A stretch of 64,000 nt of DNA from Catajapyx aquilonaris (Eukaryota): contig JYFJ02001092.1 in the NCBI GenBank assembly GCA_000934665.2, positions 1-64,000 of the forward strand, in the 5' to 3' direction. The stretch's first letter is position 1. Each line of letters starts with the position of its first letter. Below, piece after piece: positions 1 to 13,096 of this stretch. Both the position numbers and the translations under genes were made by a program. The notes under the pieces were generated by a model. That model made no database searches, was not told where the DNA came from, and was given only the letters and a program-made list of their open reading frames with translations.

Positions 1-69
1 ATTAGTTCATATATTGGGTTAGCTTGCGTCTCCCTTCATCGCTGACTACCCCTCATAGGGAAATGTCGT

Positions 70-94
70 GATGTTGTTGTTGTTGTTGTTGTTG
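70..94. repeat. (GTT)n microsatellite, possibly the simple-repeat tail of a retroelement truncated by the window edge
   Basis: About 7 tandem GTT units seen directly; the retroelement-tail interpretation is inference. Confidence 0.6.
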
Positions 95-1327
95 AAAACA
101 GGCCGAGAGAAGAATAGCTTGTGGTTCCGTTTTTAGTAGTCTTCCATAAGCTTACTCGCGGTATTGACAGTGATACCGTATTGCTAAATGGCAATGAGAT
201 GGAAAACCTACCCAACAATGTCAACAGCTAGGGAGCTATGTAAAGAGCATCTTGGCTGCACCCTGTCCAATGCAAAAATGCAGTGGTTGTTTCAGCCACT
301 ACCATAACAACCTGATGAAACCTCCTTGCTGACAGAGTGGAACAGCAAGTTACCATAGGATTATAGTAGGCACACCAAAGAGGCACACACGAGAAGCGCT
401 GATCAATGATCAGGTGCACATCAAACAAAGCAACCATCACCAGGAAATGCATGTTGCACCCACAGTTAGATGTTCGAAAGCGGGTACTTCACCTTGTTAT
501 CCTCCCACTATTTCATTCCACGCTGACCGATGACGCTCCTTGCCTTTCCCGCTCACTGCTGCATCTCACACCTTTCCCCAGGCAACCCAGACCGCCATTA
601 GTTCGCTGACACCAAGTGGGCACCTCGCCACCACGTTAAGGCTAAGCCTATTCGAACCCCGACCCGTCCTCCAGGCCCATCTCCAACCAAAAAATGCAAC
701 CAGGCCGCTACTCCAGTGCTGGTCCACTCACTAATCTCACTTTCTCACCGATCGCCTAGGTGCGCCCTCAAGAATCCCAACATCCGCCACGGAACAACAG
801 CCCTTTCCCGCCAACACCGGACGCCATCCCCAATGCGAACGGCGCGAACGGCAACCACACGATAAAAAATCAATAATCACGCAGCTGCACCTCCGAGTAA
901 TCGCTGTGGGAAAAGAAGCAAGCAGAAAATAGCTACAGGTATTAGCTTGCAACATAATCTAATGCTCGCATCTTCGCCTCAAACAAATGCATGAAAGTGA
1001 CGCATTGCATTATGTGGATTAAAGTGTAATTGAAAAGTAAAGTCATGAAAGCTTATAAAAGCCAGTCCCCTGTTGATATTTTGGTGACTGCTACCTTGGT
1101 GTTGCATATTGCTACTTAACACATCTCTGATAGCTAATACTTTGCTAAGGGACGAAAACGGACGTAAACATGGAGAGAGTTGGACGCTGCATTTTTCTAC
1201 GATAAAGCGTTCATATGATACTTTCACGGCCACAAATTGCTCTGTATCCACTCAAAATGTTAAACAAATTTAGTGTTTGTAAGCGACCCAATGTGATCTG
1301 AACACCGTGGGCTTCGGCAGGGTAAAA

Positions 1328-4300
1328 ATGGCGGCGTCCAAGTTCAGCGGCGCTGACCGGGCGCTGGCCCTCCTCCGCCGGCTGCCCAGGATAGCCTTCG
1401 ACAACATCAGGGACAACCCGGAGGAGCCAAACCCTGTAGGTTTGCCGCACCCACTGGCTCATATTACGAAGAAATGTCCGGATTTTATCTGCATAAAAGC
1501 ATAATATTGTAGGCGAAAGTTAGGGATGGAGTTGTGAGCACAGATTATGACGATGTGTGTAGGAGGTGTTTACATTACTTCGCTTTGGCATAATAACCTG
1601 CTTGTACTTTTTAGACACATAAAACCAGTGTATCAGACTTGAAAGCACAAGATGTAGTTGTATTAATCATATCCTCTTTTGGAACATCACATCCATGAGG
1701 ATATACATTTACTTAGGAAACAATCAGTTGCATGAGCTGCTGAGCATATCAATATCCTAACATTTAGTCAATGCAATAATATTTATTACAGTAATTGTCC
1801 AAGGATATTGTGAATATGTGCAAGGATTATTTCTCTGGCCTCTTCTTTATTTTCAGAAACAAAGAGGTCATGGCCAGTATGGAGGGAAGCAGCATGGGTG
1901 CGGTCAGAAGGGATCTGGTCAGCGACAGAACTACATGCGCCTAGGATATGAGACTGGGAACAACCCTTTTTACCTGAGATTTGGATATGAGCCATACTAT
2001 GAAGGACATCAGTGGGTTTTGAAGTTTTAGTCACCCTGATTTATCCCTTCCACATGCACATGCAACGCACTGTTTTACCCCCACACGGAGCTGCATGCCA
2101 GTCAATTGGTGTTAACCAGATTTTAGAAAACCCGTCTGGGGGCTATATACTGTACACAGGCATGCTGGTATATAGAGTGGGGTTATTTATTTTTAACAGC
2201 AGTGGAGCCTGTTCTTCGCACGGCCTGTTTCCATGATAATCACCAACAAAAACCCGTTGCCATGGACAAACACGCAAACAAACTTACTTTGCTGTCACTG
2301 ACACCTGTCACTGAAATATTTCCCACACCTCAAAGACCTCATTCCTTTGCACAGGACCCTAAAAATTTTCTGTACTGGATAGGTTTTGCTATATTCAGAG
2401 CAAGGACGTTGCTGATATTTTTTTGCCAGTGATCCAGTGAGAAAGTGGGGAAAATGGGGAGAATGGTAGGAAATCACTTCATGACAGTGGGGATCTGTGT
2501 TCAAAATTTGGAAGCGCAACCTGCAGCAGAAGCTGAGTTAGGACGGATGAAAAAAACCCAACAACAAGCAGAAAAAGTAGGAAAAATTCACTGTTGAAAT
2601 GCTATACTACGGTCTTACTGAGGGACTACCGCTTCTAAAATAGGGATTGGTCGGCCAAGTGGCCATTGCCACAGGCTGACCAATTAAAAATAAATGAATG
2701 ATGATGCAAATAATTTTAATGTGCCAATTGATATGTTATTAATTTTTGTACCCACATTTAGATAGGCCTATGTGATAATAATTACTAGGAGCAGCCTAAG
2801 TTTTTAAATTATTTTGTTTGTTTGTTACTACTGTTGTAATTAATCCATGATCTGAGCAAGGTTTTCATTCAAATTTTTTATACAATACAGCTTGAGGCGT
2901 GAGTACCCTCCATTATCACTGCTGCACCTGCAGAAGCTGATTGATACAGGACGCCTGGATGCTTCACAGCCAATCGACCTCAGTGCACTTTGTAACACCA
3001 AGGTCTGCTTTGTGGAGCCTCTTAAGCGACAATTTGGGTTTCAGCTTACTGATGAGGTACTTGAGTGTGCATTTTCAGTGCTCCAATGCATTTAATGCTA
3101 GACATTGCGTGCATTTAATGATATGGTGCATAATCATGGTTGCAGGGAATGGACCAATTTGAAGCCAAGGTCAATCTGGAAGTGCAGTGGGCCACTGAGA
3201 GAGTCATAGCTGCAGTTGAAAGATGTGGAGGAACTATCACTACTGCATATTATGACATTCCTTGCTTGTTGGCTGCTGTTGATCCTGAGAAATTTTTTCG
3301 CCGAGGTTGGTATACTGGAAGTTAAGTTTAATTTGGCATAGCAAAATGTACAAGCAAAGAGTGTCTTTTAAAATGCAATATAGTCAGCATACAAGACCAA
3401 TCCAAGAAACCAGTGTCAAGAGAATCAAAGGCAGAGATGTGACCTTGCACATGCTTACATGCTAGTTAATACATCAAATCCTGGCTTCCTGGTTCATTAT
3501 GAATCATTAGGACTAAATGGGCTACCAGGCAATATGGCATAAAAATGCTACTTAGCAGTGTAAATAATTCAACACTGCCATAATTGTCCTTTATGGATTT
3601 CTTATGTATACCATTGATAGGCAATACAGTAATTGTTTGCACATTATAGCTTCTGTAATTTTCATGTTGATAAAGCGACAAATTTAATTTATAGTGGGTA
3701 ATCCTGTGTATTAGGAAATGCTATATTTGATGTGATAAACAACATTTTGTAAAAAATAGAAAATGCCAAATGGTGAGGTTGTGACATTCTTAATTGGAAG
3801 TAAATTTACTGCACTTGATGCATTCTAAGCCAATATCAAATTATTTTGTGCAGATGTCAGATCTTGTCAGATGTTGCATTGTTATGAATATAAATTTTTC
3901 ACATATCTTATTATCCTACAAAATATCTCGTGGTTATTGAATAGTCCAAGTAGAAAAGTCAGTATGTTTAAAATGTTTGGAGTGCTGAAGTGAGATTGAT
4001 CAGGTTGGTGATATTTCCAGGGGGTAGGGACCTCATTTCCTTGGCCTGAATGATTATTATTATATAGGAGAAGGATATGATTTCTCATTTTATCTGGAAC
4101 TTTTGACGTCTGACAAGATATTTTTGTAGCATTTAACAGAACAGTTGAAATTCTGCATGTGAGATTTGTAATCTCATGGTAATATCCTGCTTCTGCAATC
4201 AGGTTTGCCAATCCCAAAACGACAGCTGCCACCACCAGATGCGGTGGAGTTCTACACAGATGCCAAGAACCGAGGATACTTGTCAGACCCAGAAAAAGTG

Positions 4301-4510
4301 GCAGAGGACCGATTAGTTTTATCTCAAAAGTATGGCTACAAATTCCCTAATCTTGAGGCAGAGGACCCCAAGACAAAGGCTATGCTCTTGGAGAGGAAGG
4401 ATCCTCGTCAACTGTTCTATGGTCTGCATCCAGGATGGGTTGTCAATCTGAAGGATAAGACCATAATGAAACCAACAGATGAAGAATTGCTTAAATATTA
4501 CCAAACCTGA
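1328..4510 (+). CDS. mRpL15: Mitochondrial large-subunit ribosomal protein L15 (uL15m), ~298 aa, 5 coding exons
   Basis: Exons 1328-1435, 1857-2011, 2891-3056, 3146-3305, 4203-4510 join in phase with GT-AG ends (897 nt). Motifs [67 protein letters not shown] and [19 protein letters not shown] match the MRPL15 family. AATAAA at ~4533. Confidence 0.95.
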
Positions 4511-6152
4511 AATGCTCTTAGGTGTTAGTTACAATAAAAATCCTGAACTATATTCAGTTTACTTGTTTACTTCATGTGATGCTGCAAGCTGTTGCATCAG
4601 AAAAGGTTTTGACCAAACATATCCTAGCACTATCATTTTGTGGCCATAAGCACTTTTCGTATACTGGCCAAATGAAACAGTCAAGTACTGATGGTTGCAT
4701 AACAAAATAATGATCTGGTCACGACCTTTTTAATCATGTAAGTTAGTACAAGTTATGATGGTTAAATATTGTGCCTTTTGTTGTTTTTTGAAGTAATTAT
4801 ACCTACTGGTAGTGGTATATCTTATTTATAGAAACGGGAACTTCCAGGGACATAATCTTCGAGAGCTACTGAGCCCAGTATTTCTTTCTTTATGATTACA
4901 TGTACCAAAATCTGAAGTGTTCTGAGAATTATTGTCAAGTGAAATAGGAAGCCACAAGGAAGCATGCCAAGTTGTATCTTCCGAATGCCACCCTCCCACC
5001 CCATCCCCTGCTTTCTTGCTGGATGAGCAAAAGAGGCTGCTTGGCAGATGAGGACTCCGCCCTTGGTCCCAGGGTCACCTATAGACCAACTGAGGCCCAA
5101 ATAACCTCCTTGGGAGAGATATCCCCTCCTTCACACGCCACTTCAACTCAGTCCAACTCTTGGCGCAGCACGCAACAGTGTCGTTACCACCTCGCTAAAC
5201 GACAACGACTTGTTTCGCTGCTGCTAATTCTTCACACTGAGAAGATAACAGGTAATTGAGTTCCACATACATATCTTTAAAGGTTTACATTGGCCTGGCT
5301 AGTAAATGTGTTTTTATGTGTTTCCAAGTATGACAGATATGACTAATCAGTAATCATTCTTGGGTCGGTGAGGTCAAAAAGTCTGACAAGAAACACGTGT
5401 TGCATTGGGAAAGGGTGAAAAAAAAAAATCAGCATGGAACAGCCGAAAGAATATTGTGACAGGACCAGTTGACCTCAAACCCTGTTCAGATTGTGCAGCA
5501 AATCCCTCCAATTGAAAAAGACATTTATAAATACAGGAAGTAGTTCAACAGAAGTGACCTTAAGTGCATCTCATTATGCGTTGCAGCCCCCCNCCTCCCC
5601 GAAATTAACCCAAATACGTAATCTCGCTGCAAATTACGTAACAGCCAAGTAGATAATGACGCTTTTGGTAAAACGAGCCCAAGTGTTTCCTCCACGCCTT
5701 TTTGACTTCGGACACAGCAGACGGTCAGACACAGCTGAGTGTTTCACGGTAAGATTACGTGTTCGCTGCATGCCAAGGAGATTTTTGCGTCTCCTTGCAC
5801 ATGTTGCGGTCACCCCAAGATATAATGTTATTCGCTTTTTGATCGGGGGTGGACGGGGGTTAAGGATGATGTGGCAGGAGCATCTGGTTGGACAAAAAGA
5901 CAGGAAAAAACAAGGTCAGCTTCCTCGTCCTTCAATGTGCATCCTTCGCGAAATCCGTCCGGTAATAGGCGACCATCCAGACAACTCATTCCTATCTCGA
6001 CCCAACCTACGCTGCCAACTCGGGTGCAACGACCAAGAAACGTGCCATTTTTTTTCAGACTATTTGCGTAGGCTATTCGGTAGAGAGCTTGAAAAAAAAA
6101 ATGACATATGTGCAAGTGGTAATAACCGATCGGCCGACTTTCGATTTCAGAA

Positions 6153-7032
6153 ATGGATATCCGCACAAGCTTGCTTATCCTGCTGGTGGCAGCAGCCGCG
6201 TCAGCTGCTCCGAGTCACGAGGATGACCCCGAATGTGGAGAGTGTGACCAGAGGCGATGCAGGCCACCATTGGATTGCGTGGCCGGACAGGTGTTGGATA
6301 GGTGCGGATGCTGCATGTCCTGCGCCCAGTCTGAGGGACAAAGATGTTCCGACCCAGATTTGACCATGCTCCCGTATGGTAATAAATACGGGCCTTGCGG
6401 AAGTGACCTCGGATGTGTGCTCAGAGATGACCTCAAACCAGAGGTGGTGATAATGATTTACAGCATGTTGCCCATTTTAGCTGACAGTTTTTGTACTTAA
6501 TTACAGGAAGATCCAGAGGCACTTTGCGTATGCAACCAGAAGCAGATGGTGTGTGCATCCGACGGAAACTCATATGACACTATTTGCCAACTGAGAGAAT
6601 CTAGCCAGAAGGAAGGTCGCGGAGATATTCGCATGATCCACTGGGGACATTGCCGATCAGGTAGGTCTCCCTTCTGTCATGTTGGTTACGGATCTAACAG
6701 GATTCCTCCCGACAGCCCCTTGGATCGTGTCGGCACCAGAACCATGGAGCGGCCCGGAGCACCAGAGGCTGGCTCTCGATTGTGAAGCCAAGGGCTATCC
6801 TGCACCTGAAGTCCACTGGGAGTTGATTAATGCTGATGGATCCAGTGTCATCTTGCCTGCTGATCGCAGTCGCTGTGCAGTTCAGCTTAGGGGAGGACCT
6901 GAAACTTTTATGGTCACTTCTTGGCTGCAGCTGCTGGATCTTGGACCTGAAGATATGGGGAATTACTCGTGCGTGGCCACCAACTCGGAGGGACAGGCTC
7001 GAGCCATTGCTAAAGTTCACATTTTCCACTAA
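6153..7032 (+). CDS. Secreted IGF-binding-protein-related protein (signal peptide + IB domain + Kazal + Ig domain; IGFBP-rP1/IGFBP7/KAZALD1-like), ~253 aa
   Basis: Exons 6153-6443, 6507-6660, 6716-7032 in phase. Hydrophobic leader MDIRTSLLILLVAAAASA; IB motif DRCGCCMSCAQSEGQRC; Kazal CVC...VCASDGNSYDTIC...GHC; Ig motifs LDCEAKGYPAPEVHW and DMGNYSCVATNSEG. AATAAA at ~7097. Confidence 0.92.
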
Positions 7033-8485
7033 CTGTTAAGAATATTATTGTTACACTCAACGTCTGATATTGTCCATTTTAGTCAGAGGCAGCGGAAATA
7101 AAGGCCTTAGAGAGCTTTACACACGGTATATTTTTATGGTAGCTATCAAATGTTGAGCATTTACTCTGTGTTATATACATTTTGCTATTATTTCAGTGAA
7201 ATAAATATTTCTCCACCATAGATCTCCTTTTTATTTGCCACCCTCTTTTGCTTCTAGGCACACTGTCTTCCAAAGTGGGCTTGCGTGGACCACGTATAGT
7301 CTCAGAAAGGCGGAGGAGTACGTACTGTATACGTACAGTATAGAGGCCCTATTACTATTCGGATGAGCGGGGGTATCCGGATTATCGAATATATCGTGAC
7401 AATAAACGTCATAAACACCGCGTGTTATTACGGAAAGTGGCAATGTAAATTGTTTTATCCCAAGTTTATTGATATGTGCATTCAGACTTACAAGTTAGTG
7501 CCACTTGTAGCCTATATACGTACAGATATAATCGACTCGTTGACAAATAAAATACTTGAAGTCTTAAGGACGGACAGAAAAATTACCCATCATGCCTATC
7601 TAAGCGCTCACCAGAATCAGTAAGTAGCGGTAAACAACATATTTTTGTAACCAGTACACGTTCACGATCCTACCGAAATGACTTGCTTCAGTGATTCCTT
7701 TCACTGTGTTTTTGCATGCTTGATTGCTCGCGTGATTGAAAATGACGTGTTCTAGTCTAATTCGATCAGTATTTACTTACTTTTTACGACTTTTTAAGTT
7801 CAAAATTACTTTTATTTTCGACACTTATACACATGCAGTGCTATAATGACTTTCTAAAAGATAAAATCACACATTAACAGGTAAAAGTTATCAGCCTAGT
7901 GTTTACACTTTTAAGTATGCCAGCATACACCTGAAGCAGACTTCAATGAATAATTCACACCACATTACCCGCATTCCTCACTTTGACACTCCAAGTGATA
8001 TCTCAGCACATCACTCTGTCCGACCCGTTACTGCAAACACCCTTGTGAGATCAGATTTTTGGGGGTCTAGAGAGTGAATCAGGGGGGCGCCATCCAGCAC
8101 TTTAATCCACTATCTTCCAGTTGGGGGGCTTAGAAAGTTATAAATGGTGGGTCTGACACAATAGGCCTCAGGGTAGTTTTCGGGAAGGAAAGCCAAAGAG
8201 CTAGAACAGGTTGGGTTGGATTGGGTTGGAATGGGTGGAGCTAAGTAGTCAGGTATAGGCAGAAGTCGTCAGGCGCTTGTGAATGTAGGAGCTCGACTGT
8301 GGCTGATGTAAGACATATAGCAGAAACCTTCAACGCGGTAAGTACATACACCGGTAGTCGGTCGGCGACCTGGTATGCCCACGGAAGCAAATTTTTGCAA
8401 CCGTATACACCTCGGGTACAAAGTCTTTTGTCAATGCCTGGCTCTTCTTCAGTTCTTGGCTGACTTTGGAGGACATCGGAGCAAT

Positions 8486-11400
8486 ATGTCTCGGTATCTG
8501 GGTCTCGTGAGGAGGAATGTCGCCTGCTGGATGGCGGGGACATGGACTAAAGGACGTCCATTGGGACAAGCTTTCATATCGGGGGCATCGTACAAGGTAA
8601 AAGTTTATTGTTTCTGCGTAATATTATAAGTGTAAAGCATGTATAGTTTGATCACGCGGGGCCATTTTTTGCGCGCGTGTTCAATGAGATCGTGTACCTC
8701 GGAGTCACCTTTACATCGAGTCAGACTGACAAAAAACAGGTTAAGTTAACCTTGGTAATCCTACTTAATAGTAAGGACTATGTCTACGGTCATGGTACGG
8801 CGTAAATATCATGAAATTGAAGTTGTTTGTTTGTTTGTATATGGACAGTAAAGAAAGTGGGGACTGTGACCTGCAAGCCATATTAATTTCACTATATAGG
8901 TGAATGTCTTTAGTACTGGGCACGGATGCATGTGTTGCTTGCTGCGGGCTGTCACTATTAATTAAACTTTTTAAAATTATTTTTACGTGCATGTACAGAG
9001 TGATCGTGGATATTGCCAGATACCCGCTAGAATGACCTTTTTGTTAACTTTTCGTGCAAAAGCGTTGCGTCACATTAAACATGACAGGCCACACACTTAC
9101 GCTGGTAGGTAAGCATTAGCCAAGCGCGTGATCAGTGAAGTAAGAATCATTTTACCAGTAGAATTTTTTGAGTTTTACCTAGGTGCCTAATTAAAAAGTT
9201 GTCATTTCAATTCATTTCTTAAAGAGGCGACAAATTTTGGTGTTGTACAAACTGAGAAAATACGTCAATGGTATGCAGGATGCATGTGAGAGTATTTTGA
9301 TTGTAAGTTATGGTTGCACTTATTATTGATAGGCAGAACAGATAACGCGTTAGCATAGGAATGAGCGTTATCGTTTCAGTAGCTACATCAGTATTCAATT
9401 TTTTTTATATTCTCCCCTTGATAAAATATTACGTTGCTGTAGACAGGTTATTTTGCTGACTACTGTATATAGTAGGCTACTATATGCCGCTACGGTTAAT
9501 TGCCTGGTAAACACTATGCACATCTCAATGACGGAGAAAGGCATGCTGCACATCCTACACTGCAATTTATATTGCCAGTCAAGGCAATATTAAGCACACA
9601 ATAATTTACACGTAAAACTCAAGGCATTTAGCATATTCCTATGTTTACTAAATATTTTAGACATTCGACTTCTTAGCATGAAACAAATAAAACTCAAATA
9701 AAATTTACGGAAAGAAAACGCTGCCAAATGTACCTACTGCTTAGTGGGCCTATGTGACTATGCTGTCATAAAGTACCGGCTGTGTGCACGGCACTCGTGT
9801 GACATCCTGTTAGTAAGGTTTGATTTATATTTTACTTTTGCTTTTTTCCAATTTGGTTAACCCTTCCCGTTATGTGGTTAGTATAAAAACGGCGTAAATA
9901 ACTAGTGCATTACGAAAGGCAAAAAAATGACAAGCTCTAGTGAATACGCGGTTTTGGTTTGAATTGGGTGACTTACTCCGGTAACCCCTACCATAATATG
10001 CTTTCCGGCATATTATTATAAAGTAAGTGTGTTCAAATAAATCTGCTAAACATGAAGTAGACCTATAAGAGAAGGTTGTGTCAAAAAAATTTAAGGAGGA
10101 AATCTTACATAATTTATGCTAACATGGATTTAGTGCATAATCTGAAATGTGGTCCTTATAATTTATTGCCTTGATACAACCGATCCTAAGATGTGAGATA
10201 AATCATGGCATTTCCCTGTAGAGTAAGCTGTTCAATGAGGTTCAATAAGCAGACAATAATATTTGATTTATTCCATTAGAAACAAGAGGCTGCTGCTGCT
10301 GCAATCGGAAGAGCTTCAATTCTTGAGATTCCATATAACGGAAATGGTGGGTCCCTGGCCACCCGAGAAGAGCTGCACTTGGCCAAGAGGATCGTGGTGA
10401 AACTGGGCAGCGCCGTGATAACCCGCGAGGATGAGTGCGGGCTGGCCCTGGGGCGACTGGCCTCCATTGTGGAGCAAGTGGCCGAGCTGCAGAACCAGGG
10501 GCGCCAGTGCGTCCTGGTCACCTCAGGCGCAGTGGCCTTCGGAAAACAGAAGCTCACCCAAGAAATGCTCATGTCCCTCAGCATGCGGGAGACCCTCCAG
10601 CACGGGGGCAGCCCCGGGGGGAACGGCAATGGCAACGGAGGCTCTAAGGTGGAAGCACGTGCTGCGGCGGCCGTCGGACAATCCGGACTCATGTCCCTGT
10701 ACGAAGCCATGTTCGCCCAGTACGGTGTCAGGGTGGCCCAAGTGCTGGTCACCAAGCCTGATTTCCTCAACGACCATACCCGGACCAATTTGGGCAACAC
10801 GCTGTCCGAGCTGATTGCCCTCAATATTGTCCCGGTGATTAACACCAACGACGCCGTGGCGCCGCCACCCCAGGTCGACGAAGACCTGACTGGCATCATC
10901 AGCATTAAAGACAACGACAGTCTGGCGTCCTGCGTGGCCTTCGAAGTGTCGGCAGACTTGCTAATCCTGCTGTCTGATGTAGAGGGGATCATGACGTGTC
11001 CTCCGGAGCAGAAAGGAGCTCGTCTGATCCGCACTTTTTGTCCCGATGCATGGAGCACCTCCAAGGGCGATTCTGCCTCCAGGTCTTCCAGCAGAGGACT
11101 CCGGTTCGGTCCAAGAAGCCGAGTTGGTACAGGGGGTATGGAGTCCAAAGTGGAGGCTGCATCATGGGCACTTCGAAGGGGTGTGGCTGTGGTCATCTGC
11201 AACGGAATGACCGAAGGGGCTGTAACATCCATTGTACGAGGGGATCGCATCGGCACCTTCTTCACTAATGACCATTCAGCTTCAACTTCCCCGGAAGATA
11301 TCGCGGCTAATGGTAAGATAATAAGAAACTGTTTCTCCTATACTTTTTAACTGACCGTTAGGATATCCGTATCAGCAAACTAATTTAAACTGCACTTACC

Positions 11401-13096
11401 CCTTAACGGTCAGTGAAAAGGTTGGAGAAACCGGGCATAAGACGATTATTGAGTGTTAACCTGATTACTGTTTCAGTTAGGAGAGGTTCTCGAGTTCTTC
11501 AATCACTTCCTGGAGAAGCTCGAGCTGGAATGGTGCGTCGAATGGCCGAACTACTGGAAGAGAGGTCATCCTTGGTGCTTCAGGCTAACCGGGAGGATAT
11601 GCACCAGGCAGTCAACCATGGCCTGGCATCTTCTCTTCTATCCAGGCTCAAGCTCACCCCGGAGAAGATAAAGAGCCTCGTAGTAGGTACGATGTCGATT
11701 TTCTATCTCCTGGTACTGGCAAGTGGGCTTCACAACATTGGACCTGTCTATTAACTTCTAATACCGTGGAGGCGTGTAAGGAGTGGACTGGCTTTCACTT
11801 GCATGCCTCCACTCATGGCAGATAATAACCTGTGCAACGCATTTTTACCATGTCTTAATGTCGCAGGATTGCATCAAGTGTCAGAACAGGCTGCGGAATC
11901 CGTGGGCAAGGTGATCCGGAGGACCAAGCTGGCTGAAGACTTGGAGTTGGCACAGGTGACTGTGCCATTGGGAGTGCTTCTAGTGGTGTTCGAGTCGCGT
12001 CCAGATTCTCTGCCCCAAATAGCAGGGTTGGCCCTCGGGGCAGCTAACGGGCTGCTCTTGAAGGGCGGTTCCGAGGCTCGTCACTCCAACGCCGCCTTGA
12101 TGGAGCTGGTATGGGAGGCCCTGCGGACCACGCTGGCCGCCGAAGACGCTGCTGCTCTGCTAACATCGCGCAACGACGTAAGTATGATTTGTGTTGCCGG
12201 AAAACTATGACTTACAAACCTCTGACAGGTTACCGAAGTGCTCAGCACTCGCGGCCTAGTAGACGTGGCCATCCCCAGGGGGTCATCCCAGCTGGTCAGG
12301 GAGCTCCAGAGACTGTCCGGGGGTCGCTGTCCGGTTCTGGGACATGCCGAAGGTGTGTGTCACGTGTACATCGACTCGGACGCTGACACTGACATGGCCA
12401 AGAAGATTGTCATTGACGCCAAGTGCAGCGCTCCATCTGCTTGCAACGCCATGGAGACACTTTTGATTCACCGAGCACACATCAAGTCGTCTGTCATGCC
12501 TGAACTATGCCAGATGCTACGGGAACATGGCGTGTCAATCCATGCAGGTATGTCACAACACAATAGGGTAGTACACCGCCCTATGCACGCATTAGCTTGA
12601 CGCCTTTACATTTCCAGGTCCTGCATTGGCTCGAGAGCTGACGTTTGGACCTCCGGCGGCAGCGTCAATGTCGAAGGAGTATGGTAGTTTGGAATGCTCC
12701 GTCGAAGTAGTGGAAGACGTTAGAGCGGCGGTGGAACACATCCATTCGCATGGGTCTTCGCACACCGACGTCATTGTGACCCGCGACGCTTCTGCGGCTG
12801 CCTACTTCCTCCGCAGCGTCGACAGCGCCTGTGTCTTTCACGACGCCTCTTCGCGATTTGCTGATGGGTTTCGCTTTGGCCTCGGGGCAGAAGTGGGCGT
12901 CAGCACAGGTCGCCTGCATGCCCGGGGGCCTATGGGGCTCCAAGGACTGCTCACCACCAAGTGGCTGCTACGAGGCAAGGGTCATACGACGATGGATATG
13001 GACGCCCAGGGATACCTCCACAGGTCAATGCCTACCGGAGCTACAGACACCGCCTTCCTATTTGATGACATCGATAATCAAATGTCTCAATCGTAA
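8486..13096 (+). CDS. P5CS (ALDH18A1): Delta-1-pyrroline-5-carboxylate synthase (bifunctional glutamate 5-kinase / gamma-glutamyl phosphate reductase), ~820 aa
   Basis: Exons 8486-8596 (Arg-rich, acid-free mitochondrial-leader-like; less certain), 10280-11312, 11477-11686, 11867-12177, 12229-12547, 12618-13096 in phase (2463 nt). GK motifs [38 protein letters not shown] motifs [55 protein letters not shown] at ~13109. Confidence 0.95.

Noticed and set aside
5656..6363. 235-aa ORF overlapping the IGFBP-rP promoter and first exon in another frame
   Set aside because: No recognisable domain, Arg/Cys-rich composition typical of off-frame reading, and it crosses poly-A/T runs. Most likely chance; Ribo-seq would be needed to revive it.
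9065..9072. TTGCGTCA ATF/CRE-like site in P5CS intron 1
   Set aside because: A single 8-mer; similar sites occur elsewhere in the window, so it cannot be distinguished from chance.
10276..11265. 329-aa antisense ORF
   Set aside because: Exact shadow of the GC-rich P5CS exon, explained by the codon usage of the sense gene.
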